From the NCBI GenBank assembly GCA_964344605.1, contig CAYFNR010000002.1:2140-66139 (forward strand): a stretch of 64,000 bases of DNA, written 5' to 3'. The DNA comes from Candidatus Woesearchaeota archaeon (lineage in GTDB: Archaea; Nanobdellota; Nanobdellia; UBA10117; ARS21). Both the position numbers and the translations under genes were made by a program. Positions 19,257 through 28,308 of the stretch are shown here, piece after piece; within the stretch, counting starts at the first letter, position 1; each line of letters starts with the position of its first letter. The notes beneath the pieces were generated by a model. It ran no database searches. It saw only the letters and a list, made by a program, of their open reading frames with translations, and had not been told where the DNA came from.

Positions 19257-20498
19257 GTGATATTAATGGATTCAAACGATAATTTATCATTCCAACAACA
19301 AGACTTTGAAAGCGTCGAGGACGACACGACGGAGTCCTTTTCCGAACCGTCTCAGGAGACTGAACCTCAAACAGAGTTCGATTTTAATACTGGTGCGGAC
19401 TTACCAGTTCAACAACCTTCATATTCTGATGAGTCCGAATCTTCTTCACTAAACCCTGCAGATGAAGAGTTAGAGAAGATTTTATCCAAAAAGAGGGCAA
19501 GGATTAAAGTAATCGGGACAGGTGGTGCTGGAAACAATACTGTTTCTAGGATATCTGAAATTGGAGTTGTTGGAGCAGAGACAATAGTGGTAAATACAGA
19601 CGCTCAAGACCTTCTTAACGCCACTTCAGACAAGAAACTTCTTATTGGCAAGGACCTTACTGGTGGTCTTGGAGCGGGATCCGACCCAAAAATAGGTAAA
19701 GAAGCTGCAAAAGAGTCCGAGCAAGACATTAAAAAAATACTCAAAGATGCAAACATGTGCTTTATTACAGCTGGATTGGGAGGCGGAACTGGAACTGGAT
19801 CCATTCCTGTTATTGCGAACATAGCTAAGAAGATGGGTGTTCTTACCGTTGCAATCGTAACTCTTCCTTTTGCTATGGAAGGTAGATTGAGGCATGAAAA
19901 TGCAATAATAGGTCTAGAAGAGCTTGAGGGGGTCGTTGACACTTTGATCGTTATACCTAATGATAAATTGATAGAGCTTGCCCCAGATTTACCTTTACAT
20001 ACAGCCTTTAAAGTTGCAGATGAAATTCTCACAAACGCTGTTAAAGGTATAGCGGAGCTTATCACAAAACCAGGTCTAATCAATTTAGACTTTGCAGACA
20101 TAAAAGCCGTAATGTCCTCCGGCGGAATAGCTATGATTGGAGTTGGAGAATCTGACACCGAGAATCGTGCCGTAGAGTGTGTGGAAAAAGCTTTACAGAA
20201 TCCTCTTTTGGATGTTGAAGTAAGTGGTGCTACAGGTGCTTTGATTAATGTAGTTGGTGGGCCAAGTATGACTTTGGACGAAGCCAAGAAAGTTATAGAG
20301 ACAGTTACAGCTAGACTTGATGACTCTGCAAAGATTATATGGGGGGCTCAACTTTCACCCGATTTACAGAATTCTGTAAGAGCTATGTTGGTGATTGTTG
20401 GAGTTAAATCTTCCCAAATATTTGGACCAAAGCGTACTTTTTCTGACAAACGAAGGGAAGATTTGGCCGATGATTTAGGTATAGACTTCGTTGACTGA
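19257..20498 (+). CDS. ftsZ: cell division GTPase FtsZ with ~75-aa acidic N-terminal extension
   Basis: Tubulin signature GTGGAGNN, GLGGGTGTG, T7 loop; N-terminal D/E/S-rich segment. Confidence 0.9.
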   Translation: MILMDSNDNLSFQQQDFESVEDDTTESFSEPSQETEPQTEFDFNTGADLPVQQPSYSDESESSSLNPADEELEKILSKKRARIKVIGTGGAGNNTVSRISEIGVVGAETIVVNTDAQDLLNATSDKKLLIGKDLTGGLGAGSDPKIGKEAAKESEQDIKKILKDANMCFITAGLGGGTGTGSIPVIANIAKKMGVLTVAIVTLPFAMEGRLRHENAIIGLEELEGVVDTLIVIPNDKLIELAPDLPLHTAFKVADEILTNAVKGIAELITKPGLINLDFADIKAVMSSGGIAMIGVGESDTENRAVECVEKALQNPLLDVEVSGATGALINVVGGPSMTLDEAKKVIETVTARLDDSAKIIWGAQLSPDLQNSVRAMLVIVGVKSSQIFGPKRTFSDKRREDLADDLGIDFVD

Positions 20499-20543
20499 AT
20501 AGCTCACAAAACCTTTTTAAAGCCAGCATATTACCTTTTTTCT

Positions 20544-20765
20544 ATGGCTATAGACATAGAAGTTCCTGAGTTTAAACTCCCAAAGCCAAAGGAGTTACCA
20601 GGAATTACAAAGAAAAAATTGAAGGAGTACAAGAGAGTGCTAAGTATAACTAAGAAGCCGAGTGGCGATGAATTTAAGTCTATAAGTAAAGTGACTGGGA
20701 TAGGTATGGTAGTAATTGGTGTTGTGGGCTTTTTGGTGTTTATGGTAGCGCAGTTATTTGTTTAA
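20544..20765 (+). CDS. secE: protein translocase subunit SecE / Sec61 gamma
   Basis: 73 aa, single C-terminal TM (VTGIGMVVIGVVGFLVFMV), conserved position upstream of spt5-rpl11. Confidence 0.6.
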   Translation: MAIDIEVPEFKLPKPKELPGITKKKLKEYKRVLSITKKPSGDEFKSISKVTGIGMVVIGVVGFLVFMVAQLFV

Positions 20766-20766
20766 A

Positions 20767-21228
20767 ATGAGCAAGATTTTCATTGTCAAGACAGCAATAG
20801 GGAAAGAAGACCAAGTTATGGACTTCCTAGCCTCTAATGCTAAGAAATCTGAGGGAGTTTACACTTTGTTTTTCCCACACGGGATGACAGGATATATCTT
20901 AATAGAAGCTGAAGAGATTAACGCAGTTAGGCAGATAGCGTACCGTGTTCCTTATGTTCGTGGTGTTCTAACGAAACCAATAAAGATGGAAGATGTGGAG
21001 CATCTAATAGAGTTTAAGCCGGAAGAAATAGATATCAATATTGGAGATACTGTAAGTATTACTGCTGGTCCTTTCAAGGGAGAAAAAGCAAGAGTTACAC
21101 GTATTAATATTCAAAAATCAGAGGTTATTTTGGAGTTGCTTGAGGCAGCAGTTTCCATTCCGATAACCTTAAATCTTGATTCTGTAAAGGTCATCGGCCG
21201 CAAGGAAGAGAAAAAAGAGGAAGAATAA
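20767..21228 (+). CDS. spt5: transcription elongation factor Spt5 (NusG)
   Basis: NGN domain plus KOW motif GDTVSITAGPFKGEKARV; ATG at 20767 just after secE stop (ORF-track start 20758 is a TTG). Confidence 0.8.
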   Translation: MSKIFIVKTAIGKEDQVMDFLASNAKKSEGVYTLFFPHGMTGYILIEAEEINAVRQIAYRVPYVRGVLTKPIKMEDVEHLIEFKPEEIDINIGDTVSITAGPFKGEKARVTRINIQKSEVILELLEAAVSIPITLNLDSVKVIGRKEEKKEEE

Positions 21229-21873
21229 ATGGCAGAAACTGTTGAAATTTTGGTTAAAGGGGGACAGGCTACAGGAGGCCCGCCATTAGGTCCAGCTTTA
21301 GGTCCAACAGGAATCAAAGTTAACGAAGTAGTGGATGCTATTAACGAAAAAACATCTGATATGGCCGGAATGAACGTTCCAGTAAAAGTTATGATCAATC
21401 CTGAAGATAAATCTTTTGAGATTTCTATAGGTAGACCTCCCACATCAGCTCTTTTGAAGAAAGAGATTGGTTTGGAAAAGGCATCTCAAAATCCAGGCTC
21501 AGAGTATATTGCTGATCTCCCGATAGATAACATAATTCGTGTTGCAAGAGTGAAAGTAGAAGGTTTACTTGCTGGAGATATGAAGGCTGCGGTTAAAGAA
21601 GTTATTGGAAGTTGCCAATCTGCAGGCATAAAAATTGAAGGTCTTACTCCAAAAGAGATTATATTAAAAATTAATGAAGGTGAGTGGGATGATAAGATTT
21701 ATGGAAAAGTTCAGTTGGAGAAAGTTTCTGCTGAGGAGCTGGCTAAGAAAGCGGCTAAGATGCAGGCTGAAGTGGCTGAGAAAGCAGCCGCAGAGGCAGA
21801 GGAAGCTGCGGAGGCTGAGGCTCCGGCTGAAGAGGGTGCTGAAGAGAAACCTGCTGCTGAGGGAAAGGTGTAG
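21229..21873 (+). CDS. rpl11: ribosomal protein L11 with ~50-aa Ala/Glu/Pro-rich C-terminal extension
   Basis: GPPLGPALGPTGIKV L11 signature; tail [35 protein letters not shown]. Confidence 0.9.
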   Translation: MAETVEILVKGGQATGGPPLGPALGPTGIKVNEVVDAINEKTSDMAGMNVPVKVMINPEDKSFEISIGRPPTSALLKKEIGLEKASQNPGSEYIADLPIDNIIRVARVKVEGLLAGDMKAAVKEVIGSCQSAGIKIEGLTPKEIILKINEGEWDDKIYGKVQLEKVSAEELAKKAAKMQAEVAEKAAAEAEEAAEAEAPAEEGAEEKPAAEGKV

Positions 21874-21902
21874 TATACCAAACGGCTTTTAAAGGAACAT
21901 CC

Positions 21903-22139
21903 ATGTCAAGCAATTTGTCTCCAGAGTCTATTTGGAGATCTGGTGGGGAAGCAGAAGCAAGGATGGTGAAAGAATCCCTCGATTTAGGTATAATGGGTGA
22001 CGCAGAAGCACAGACTAAAATTATAGAGTTAGTTGTAAATCAAAGAGCACTAAGCAGAATCTATGAATTAACCCATGTTTTGCACTTGAATGGTCCAGAC
22101 CACAAGATAGGCTCTGTTGATGAACAAAGGTGGACTTAA
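21903..22139 (+). CDS. hypothetical small protein (78 aa)
   Basis: ORF following rpl11 on same strand; no motif support. Confidence 0.25.
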   Translation: MSSNLSPESIWRSGGEAEARMVKESLDLGIMGDAEAQTKIIELVVNQRALSRIYELTHVLHLNGPDHKIGSVDEQRWT

Positions 22140-22372
22140 TCTAGCTTATTATTATCTTCTAACTTTTTCAAATCGTCGCAACCACCAACAAATTCCCCAT
22201 TAAGAATTATTAGGGGTACAGTTTGATGGTTGTATTTATCTTTGACTTTCTGGAGCTCTTCGTCTTTACCATCCATAACATGCTCTGTGAATTCTATGTT
22301 GTGCCTCTTTAGAATTTCTTTTGCTTTTACGCAAAAAGGACAGTGGCTCCAAGTCCAGAGTTCTGCTTTCAT
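22136..22372 (-). CDS. glutaredoxin
   Basis: CPFC active site, TVP and GG-x-DD motifs; 78 aa; 4-nt overlap with alaS stop. Confidence 0.75.
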   Translation of the reverse strand: MKAELWTWSHCPFCVKAKEILKRHNIEFTEHVMDGKDEELQKVKDKYNHQTVPLIILNGEFVGGCDDLKKLEDNNKLD

Positions 22373-24894
22373 CTTTTTTTAACCATTCTCCTTTGAGTTT
22401 TCCAAGTTTTGAATAATTTGGAGCAGGCCCTTACAAGATTCAAACTAGCCATCTTGCCCAAGTTTGAAAAATAACTATCTACTTTGCTTTTTGAATATCC
22501 AAGAAGTTGCTGTTGCTTTCTAACATCTCCAACGAAGCGCTGAATTGTTCTTGGCAGGTCTTTTATCTGGACAGAAAAGACCTCTGCAGCGTCTTCAAGA
22601 TTTTCTTCTCTTACAGTTCCCCTTGCTTTGAATGCCGCCAGTGAATCTCTATAAATTAGTACACGTTCTTTTAGATACTCCTTGGCTGCGTCCCCACATA
22701 CATATTCTATTCTTATGACTCCATCTTGTATTCTTTTTGCTCCAGTTATTTTAATAAGTCCAATTTCAGAAGTGTTGTTTAGATGTGTCCCACCACAAGC
22801 TTGCACATCAAAGCCTTTGATGTTGATAACTCTAAGTTCTGCTCCAGGTATAAATCCCCCTTGGTAGAGAGAAAATCCAAACTTCTTTTCAGCCGGACCT
22901 TTCAGCATAAGTTCTTTTATCACAGGAAGTTTGCGTTTTATCGCGTCGTTCGCGACCTTTTCAATCTTTCTCAAATCTTTTTTTGTCAGAGATTTATAAT
23001 GTGTAACATCCAATCTCGCTTTTTCCGGCTTTACATCGGAACCTGCTTGCCATATGTGATTCCCGAGAACTCTGCGAGTAGCACCACCAACAACATGGGT
23101 CCCTGTATGATGTCTCATTAAGTTCCAGCGGCGATCCCAATCTATTCTTCCAATAGCAACGTCACGTTCTTTGAAGTTTATATCCTCGACTTCGTGTATA
23201 ATATGTTTTCCCCATTTCTGAACATCTACGACTTTAGCGCCATTAATTGTTCCAATGTCATGTGCTTGTCCACCACCTGTTGAATAGAATAATGTTTCGT
23301 TAAGGATAACATATCTTTTATCCAATATTTTCAGAATCTTTGCAGTAAACTCAACTGCACGTTCGTCAGAGTAGTAAAGAGGTTGTGTTATTGCTACATT
23401 TGGAACCTCTTTTTCTTCCTTTGTTAGTTCTTTGCGTTTATCGTGTCTTTCAGCAACTTTTGCATAAAAATTAGCAGGTACATTAACTTTGATACCATAT
23501 TTTTTTGCTTCTCTTTTGAGTAAGTCTGGACTAAGTCCTTTTGAGTCGTATAATTCGATCAGCTTCTTTTCACCGATCTTCTTTCCCCCCAAGGATTTGA
23601 GCACATTTCCTATGTTTTGCTTTGTCATCTTATACTTTTCAATTTCAACGTCGATTATTTTGTTTACATCTTTCAAGTTCTTTGACAATTCCGGATAAAT
23701 TGGTTTTAAATATTTAGCATGTAATTTTATTACATCTTTTAGGTTTATATCCCATCCATATTTCTCTGTAAAATCTATTGAACGCCTAAGCAAAATTCTG
23801 AGATTATGACCTCCTCCTGTGTTAGAAGGTAGCGCACCGTCAGAAATTGCGTACAAAAGAGTTCTTGTATGGTCTGCGATTGAGTATAAAGCCGCCAGAG
23901 GTAGGACGTGTTCCTTGAGTTCCTTCTTGCTAACGCCTATCTTCCTTGCTATACTGGACCAGACTTTTTCAGGATCGTCTATTTCGTCAATGTTTAACAT
24001 TCCAGAGAGAGGGAAGAATTTAGATAGTATCTTATCTTTGGGTTTTACTCCAGTTTTTTTGTACAAATATTTAGTTACTGTTGGCATGTTTGCATCGAAA
24101 GAACTAACTTTGCCATTAGTATACCAAGCGGGTCTCTCTTGTCCTAAGCCCATGTCTAAAACCTTCAATCTGAGTTCTTTTGGACCCCGTGGTGTTTGAT
24201 GGTATAGATGATAAACCTGGTTTGCTAGCTCTAGACCTCTGGAAAAGAATTCTATGCTAGGCCCAAAACTCCCGCCACCAGCCCAAGCATCTTCATGGAG
24301 CTGTAAGTCAGATTTTTTTATACCTAGGCTTTTAGTGAACCAATATAATAGGTCCAGGAAGTACTGGGATTGATCAAATTTTTCTGTAGATTCAAAAGCA
24401 TGTTGGCCAATCATTGTAAAACTCGTATTGTGCCTTCCAGTTATCCCTACATTATCCAAATCATTAAACCTTAGACAGACTTGTGGTACAACTAATGGAT
24501 TCGCAGGAGGATCAACCAAGCCAGTAACAACATATGGTTGAAAGTTGGCAATTGAGGCTATGTTGAAGTACATATCATCTCTCCAACGTGTGACTACGGG
24601 GTAACGTTTAATTGGAGTGTATCCGCGCTTATTGAAGAACTGAGAAAAATCTCTCCATACACCGACGAAATCCAGAGATTTTTTGGCTGGATTTCTGCCG
24701 AAGAAACTGTAGCCTCCAACACATTCAGTTTCACCACAGACTCTCCTAGACACTGTACTCCAGAAGTATCCACTGCATTTTCTACACCTATATCTAGAAA
24801 AACCCTCATTCTTAAGAGCCTCAACTGGAAAATACTTTTCAGGGTGTTTAGAAGCTTTGATTCTAAGCTGCGCTTTAAGTTTCTTATCACTCAT
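22369..24894 (-). CDS. alaS: alanyl-tRNA synthetase (archaeal type)
   Basis: Class II core, editing domain HxxxH (HTGTHV) and C-terminal region; 841 aa. Confidence 0.9.
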   Translation of the reverse strand: MSDKKLKAQLRIKASKHPEKYFPVEALKNEGFSRYRCRKCSGYFWSTVSRRVCGETECVGGYSFFGRNPAKKSLDFVGVWRDFSQFFNKRGYTPIKRYPVVTRWRDDMYFNIASIANFQPYVVTGLVDPPANPLVVPQVCLRFNDLDNVGITGRHNTSFTMIGQHAFESTEKFDQSQYFLDLLYWFTKSLGIKKSDLQLHEDAWAGGGSFGPSIEFFSRGLELANQVYHLYHQTPRGPKELRLKVLDMGLGQERPAWYTNGKVSSFDANMPTVTKYLYKKTGVKPKDKILSKFFPLSGMLNIDEIDDPEKVWSSIARKIGVSKKELKEHVLPLAALYSIADHTRTLLYAISDGALPSNTGGGHNLRILLRRSIDFTEKYGWDINLKDVIKLHAKYLKPIYPELSKNLKDVNKIIDVEIEKYKMTKQNIGNVLKSLGGKKIGEKKLIELYDSKGLSPDLLKREAKKYGIKVNVPANFYAKVAERHDKRKELTKEEKEVPNVAITQPLYYSDERAVEFTAKILKILDKRYVILNETLFYSTGGGQAHDIGTINGAKVVDVQKWGKHIIHEVEDINFKERDVAIGRIDWDRRWNLMRHHTGTHVVGGATRRVLGNHIWQAGSDVKPEKARLDVTHYKSLTKKDLRKIEKVANDAIKRKLPVIKELMLKGPAEKKFGFSLYQGGFIPGAELRVINIKGFDVQACGGTHLNNTSEIGLIKITGAKRIQDGVIRIEYVCGDAAKEYLKERVLIYRDSLAAFKARGTVREENLEDAAEVFSVQIKDLPRTIQRFVGDVRKQQQLLGYSKSKVDSYFSNLGKMASLNLVRACSKLFKTWKTQRRMVKKR

Positions 24895-24926
24895 TGATAT
24901 TAATTGTACAAAGAAATATTAAAAGG

Positions 24927-25802
24927 TTATTTCTTGCTCTTTTTTTCTTTTTTTATAGCTTCTTTCTGCAGAATAAAAATGTCTTCTTTGCTGAGCTTTT
25001 TCTTCTTCTTGAATTTATCCCTAACAGCTTCTGTTTGTTTTTGAAGAATTTCAGCGCCAGCTTTAGCTCCACCAAACATCACTCTTCCGGTAGCCATTGG
25101 TAGGCGTCCGAGACGGCTTAGATTTTTTGCCAGAAGTATGTTAAGTTGGTTAATCTGGGACTTCATAGATCTTAATGCTGCGCGTGTATTCGAACGTTCT
25201 TTCTTTATGTTAGATATTTCTTTAGATATTATTGTCAATTGATTAAAAATGTCTGTACTCTCTTTGGCCGAACCTTGTATTTTTCCATGGTACTCATCTG
25301 CAGATTGTTTGGCATTTGTTATTAAGCCCCTAATTTTCCTAAGCTCATGAAGTTCCCCTAGGCTGTTATTAATCTCTTTTAGGTCTTTCTTTAACTTGTT
25401 TATTTTGGACATGTGCTCCTTTTCTTTGGAGAAGTTAAGAACTTCTGTTTGAACTAAAAATTCAAGATTATTGATTTCTTTCTTGACTTTATTCCGCCTT
25501 TCAATTTTCTTTTTTGTACCAGAAAGAGTCTTCTTTACTTTATTTAGCTCCCCAATCAAATTTTGTACGGATTTATTCTTTTCTTCACGTAATCTCTTCA
25601 ACTCTTTGGTTCTTTTGTCAACATTATCTTTTTTCTCTTTGAGTTGGTTGGCTTTTATTATTAATTTATTCAGAGTTTCCTCTAGCTCATTTTTTTCTTT
25701 GTACTTTGATTCTTTTTTATCGCCGAGCTCTTTGAGAGATATGTTTAGCTTACGTACTTCACTCGTCACCTCATCGAGCTCACCGTTCTTTTTTTGTACC
25801 AC
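24927..25802 (-). CDS. Lys/Glu-rich coiled-coil protein (archaeal COG1340-like?)
   Basis: ~230 aa of heptad-like K/E/L-rich sequence, C-terminal basic tail; located between rpl12 and alaS in same transcription direction. Confidence 0.45.
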   Translation of the reverse strand: MVQKKNGELDEVTSEVRKLNISLKELGDKKESKYKEKNELEETLNKLIIKANQLKEKKDNVDKRTKELKRLREEKNKSVQNLIGELNKVKKTLSGTKKKIERRNKVKKEINNLEFLVQTEVLNFSKEKEHMSKINKLKKDLKEINNSLGELHELRKIRGLITNAKQSADEYHGKIQGSAKESTDIFNQLTIISKEISNIKKERSNTRAALRSMKSQINQLNILLAKNLSRLGRLPMATGRVMFGGAKAGAEILQKQTEAVRDKFKKKKKLSKEDIFILQKEAIKKEKKSKK

Positions 25803-25809
25803 TTAGCAC

Positions 25810-26139
25810 CTATCCGAAGAGTGCGCCCAATCCGGCTGCTGCTTCTTCACCGGAAGCTTCTTTTTTCTCTTCTTTCTTAGCTTCAGCTTTACTTTCTTCT
25901 GCCGGAGCTTCTGCTTCTGCTGGGGCAGTAGGGGCTGCACTAGCCGGAGCTGCTACCTGAGCAATACTGGCTTTGGATATTGATTCGTCTATGTTAACGT
26001 CTTTTAGTGCGCTAACAGTTGCTTTTACTCTACCATCATCAACTTTAACACCTGCAGAGCTGAGAACAGATTTCAAAGTGTCCTCATTAATATCTTTGCC
26101 AGCTTTATGAAGCAACATCGCTGCGTATATATATTCCAT
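25810..26139 (-). CDS. rpl12: ribosomal stalk protein P1 (L12)
   Basis: [12 protein letters not shown]-term dimerisation helix, Ala/Pro/Glu hinge and conserved C-terminus GLGALFG. Confidence 0.85.
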   Translation of the reverse strand: MEYIYAAMLLHKAGKDINEDTLKSVLSSAGVKVDDGRVKATVSALKDVNIDESISKASIAQVAAPASAAPTAPAEAEAPAEESKAEAKKEEKKEASGEEAAAGLGALFG

Positions 26140-27011
26140 TATTCGCTTACCTCCTTTTTGTCTACCACTTCTTTGAGAGCCTGAGCTGATTTTTCGGCCT
26201 TGGCCAAAACTCCAGAGGCTGTTTTACTTGTGAGTATATCTTGCGAAGATGCCAAAATCAAAGCATCTCTTTCAGCTTGAATTACAAGCGCTTCAACGGT
26301 TTCTGTGGTTGGTATTGACTGTGAAACAGCTAATTTAAAGGCTTCTGAGTGAGCCAACTCCAACTTGTTAATATATTCTTCAACATTCACATCTAAAATG
26401 TTTCTTGTCATTAAACTACCACTTTCTAGGGCTACGACAAGATTCAAACCAATTTTCATCGGTTTTATGTCGAACCTGGAAAGAACACTCGCAACTTTCT
26501 CGGAAACGGGCTCACCTTTTTTTACCACAACAGCATCCTCTTTAATCACTACCTTCCCACCTTCTATTGCAGCTTTTAGTCCTACTTCTCCAAGTTCAGA
26601 TAATATTGGCCCGGGTGAAAAAGGTGTGGGACCAGCTTTTATAGAGATGTCAGACGGAGCGACTTGTCCAGCTCGTGCCGGAGATGCACTCATGTTTGCT
26701 TTGAGTAGTCTAAATAATTCAAATGAGTCCAAGTCTGAACATATTATAGCAGACATTCCTTCCATATTATCTACTAATTTTTCTATCCCCTTGATTTTAG
26801 ACTTTTCAAGAGCACGTTTTAGAAGCCTCTTTCTTGTAACACTTAATTTAATATCTTCCTTCACTTTTGCTCTTATGTCTTGAAGTTGTCTGCTTGGAAG
26901 ATTAACTAGATTTACAACGGCGACTGTGCGGGCACCTCTAATGTTATTAGATATCCTATCTACTGTTGGTTCTTTCCATTTAGTTACGCTTGGTCTTACT
27001 ACTTTAGCCAT
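26139..27011 (-). CDS. rpl10: ribosomal protein P0 (L10)
   Basis: 290 aa, N-terminal L10 rRNA-binding domain, start/stop sharing with rpl12. Confidence 0.85.
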   Translation of the reverse strand: MAKVVRPSVTKWKEPTVDRISNNIRGARTVAVVNLVNLPSRQLQDIRAKVKEDIKLSVTRKRLLKRALEKSKIKGIEKLVDNMEGMSAIICSDLDSFELFRLLKANMSASPARAGQVAPSDISIKAGPTPFSPGPILSELGEVGLKAAIEGGKVVIKEDAVVVKKGEPVSEKVASVLSRFDIKPMKIGLNLVVALESGSLMTRNILDVNVEEYINKLELAHSEAFKLAVSQSIPTTETVEALVIQAERDALILASSQDILTSKTASGVLAKAEKSAQALKEVVDKKEVSE

Positions 27012-27644
27012 CTACACCACCACCACTTTACCCATAGTTGTTTTAACAAAGACTTTTCCAATATTTTGCTTTCCACGAGGTAGCTTGTTCTCCAATAATC
27101 TTAATACGGAACCTGCATTTTCTGTTAGATCTTTCCCACTCATTTTTTCGTTGCCAATAGAACATTGAACAACAGGACTTTTGCTAATAATAATCTTTAC
27201 AGTATCTCTTAATTTTTCTGTTAAAGGTTTAAGGTTAACACTTGGGGGAACTACACAGCCGGCTTTGGGGTTTGGCATTTTACCCAAAGGTCCAAAATAT
27301 TTACCAAAAATCTGGGCAATTTGTGGCATTGCCGTTGCCTGTGCAACAAAAAAGTCAAAATTCCGTGCGAGTTTCTTAATTTCTCTAGTATCGGTCCACT
27401 TTGAAAGGTCACTAGAAAGTATTACTTTGTCAGTATATTCTTCTGCTTGTTTTTTTAATTCAGGGCCAACAATAGCACATATTTTGTTTTTCTTCCCCTT
27501 TTCATGAGGTAAACGGACGAATTCCTCTATCTTTTCCGCACGCTTAATGTCAAAATCTTTAAGTCCTACTATTAAATCCACTGATTGAGAAAAATTTCTT
27601 TTCTTTTCTTTTTTTGCTTCTTCTATTGCCTTTTGTAGATCCAT
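27012..27644 (-). CDS. rpl1: ribosomal protein L1
   Basis: 210 aa with conserved L1 core (KFDESV-like N-term, GKxxxxxP region ILSSDLSKW.., MPNPKAG). Confidence 0.9.
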   Translation of the reverse strand: MDLQKAIEEAKKEKKRNFSQSVDLIVGLKDFDIKRAEKIEEFVRLPHEKGKKNKICAIVGPELKKQAEEYTDKVILSSDLSKWTDTREIKKLARNFDFFVAQATAMPQIAQIFGKYFGPLGKMPNPKAGCVVPPSVNLKPLTEKLRDTVKIIISKSPVVQCSIGNEKMSGKDLTENAGSVLRLLENKLPRGKQNIGKVFVKTTMGKVVVV

Positions 27645-27756
27645 TTCATCCTCCTGCTAAAGCAGTATGCGGATAGTTCTGGGGAGAATCAAACGTTTAT
27701 ATACTTTTCTCTTTGCCTAGTTTCAATATCTTTAAATATATATGACTTAATATATT

Positions 27757-28308
27757 TTGATGGGTTTTAAGGGATTGCTAAGGGCTGTTCATCAAGCAAC
27801 GGGCTTAGTTTTCCGCAGAAGGACAAATATACTGACTGCAGCTCTTATTTCAGCAATGATTTTCTTCGTTTTTATTCTTGTAAATTACTTCGCAGAGTTC
27901 CGCTCAGCTTTAGCTGTAACTGGGAGTCCTTTGTTAATATTCAATGTGTTCTGGAGTAGCACAACGTTTCTCCTCTCGGCAGCTGGGTTGCTCAATTTTT
28001 CGGCGGTTGTATTAGTGTCTCTACTTTCAGGCATATCTCTCACCATGGTAATCTATAAATTCCGAAATGCTAAGTCTGCTAGCGGCAAAGGTGGATTTAT
28101 TAGCTCAGCAGGAGTTTTTACAGGAGCATTTGCAGCCTCATGTCCAGCATGCTCTGTTGCCTTAGTGTCAATATTTGGAGTTTCGGGAGGATTGGCGGTT
28201 TTTCCGTTGAAAGGTTTAGAATTTAGCTTACTTTCTTTGACTTTACTTTTATTTTCAATAGTTATGATATCTAAGAGTCTAATATCTTGTGAAGAGTGTA
28301 ACATCTAG
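27757..28308 (+). CDS. hypothetical polytopic membrane protein with C-terminal CxxC...CxxC
   Basis: 4-5 hydrophobic helices; SCPACS and CEEC motifs near C-terminus; stop overlaps herA-like gene stop (convergent). Confidence 0.45.
   Translation: MMGFKGLLRAVHQATGLVFRRRTNILTAALISAMIFFVFILVNYFAEFRSALAVTGSPLLIFNVFWSSTTFLLSAAGLLNFSAVVLVSLLSGISLTMVIYKFRNAKSASGKGGFISSAGVFTGAFAASCPACSVALVSIFGVSGGLAVFPLKGLEFSLLSLTLLLFSIVMISKSLISCEECNI

Noticed and set aside
19604-20287. 227-aa minus-strand ORF antisense to ftsZ
   Set aside because: FtsZ on the + strand has all tubulin-family signatures. The antisense ORF is low-complexity (Ala/Pro/Ser-rich).
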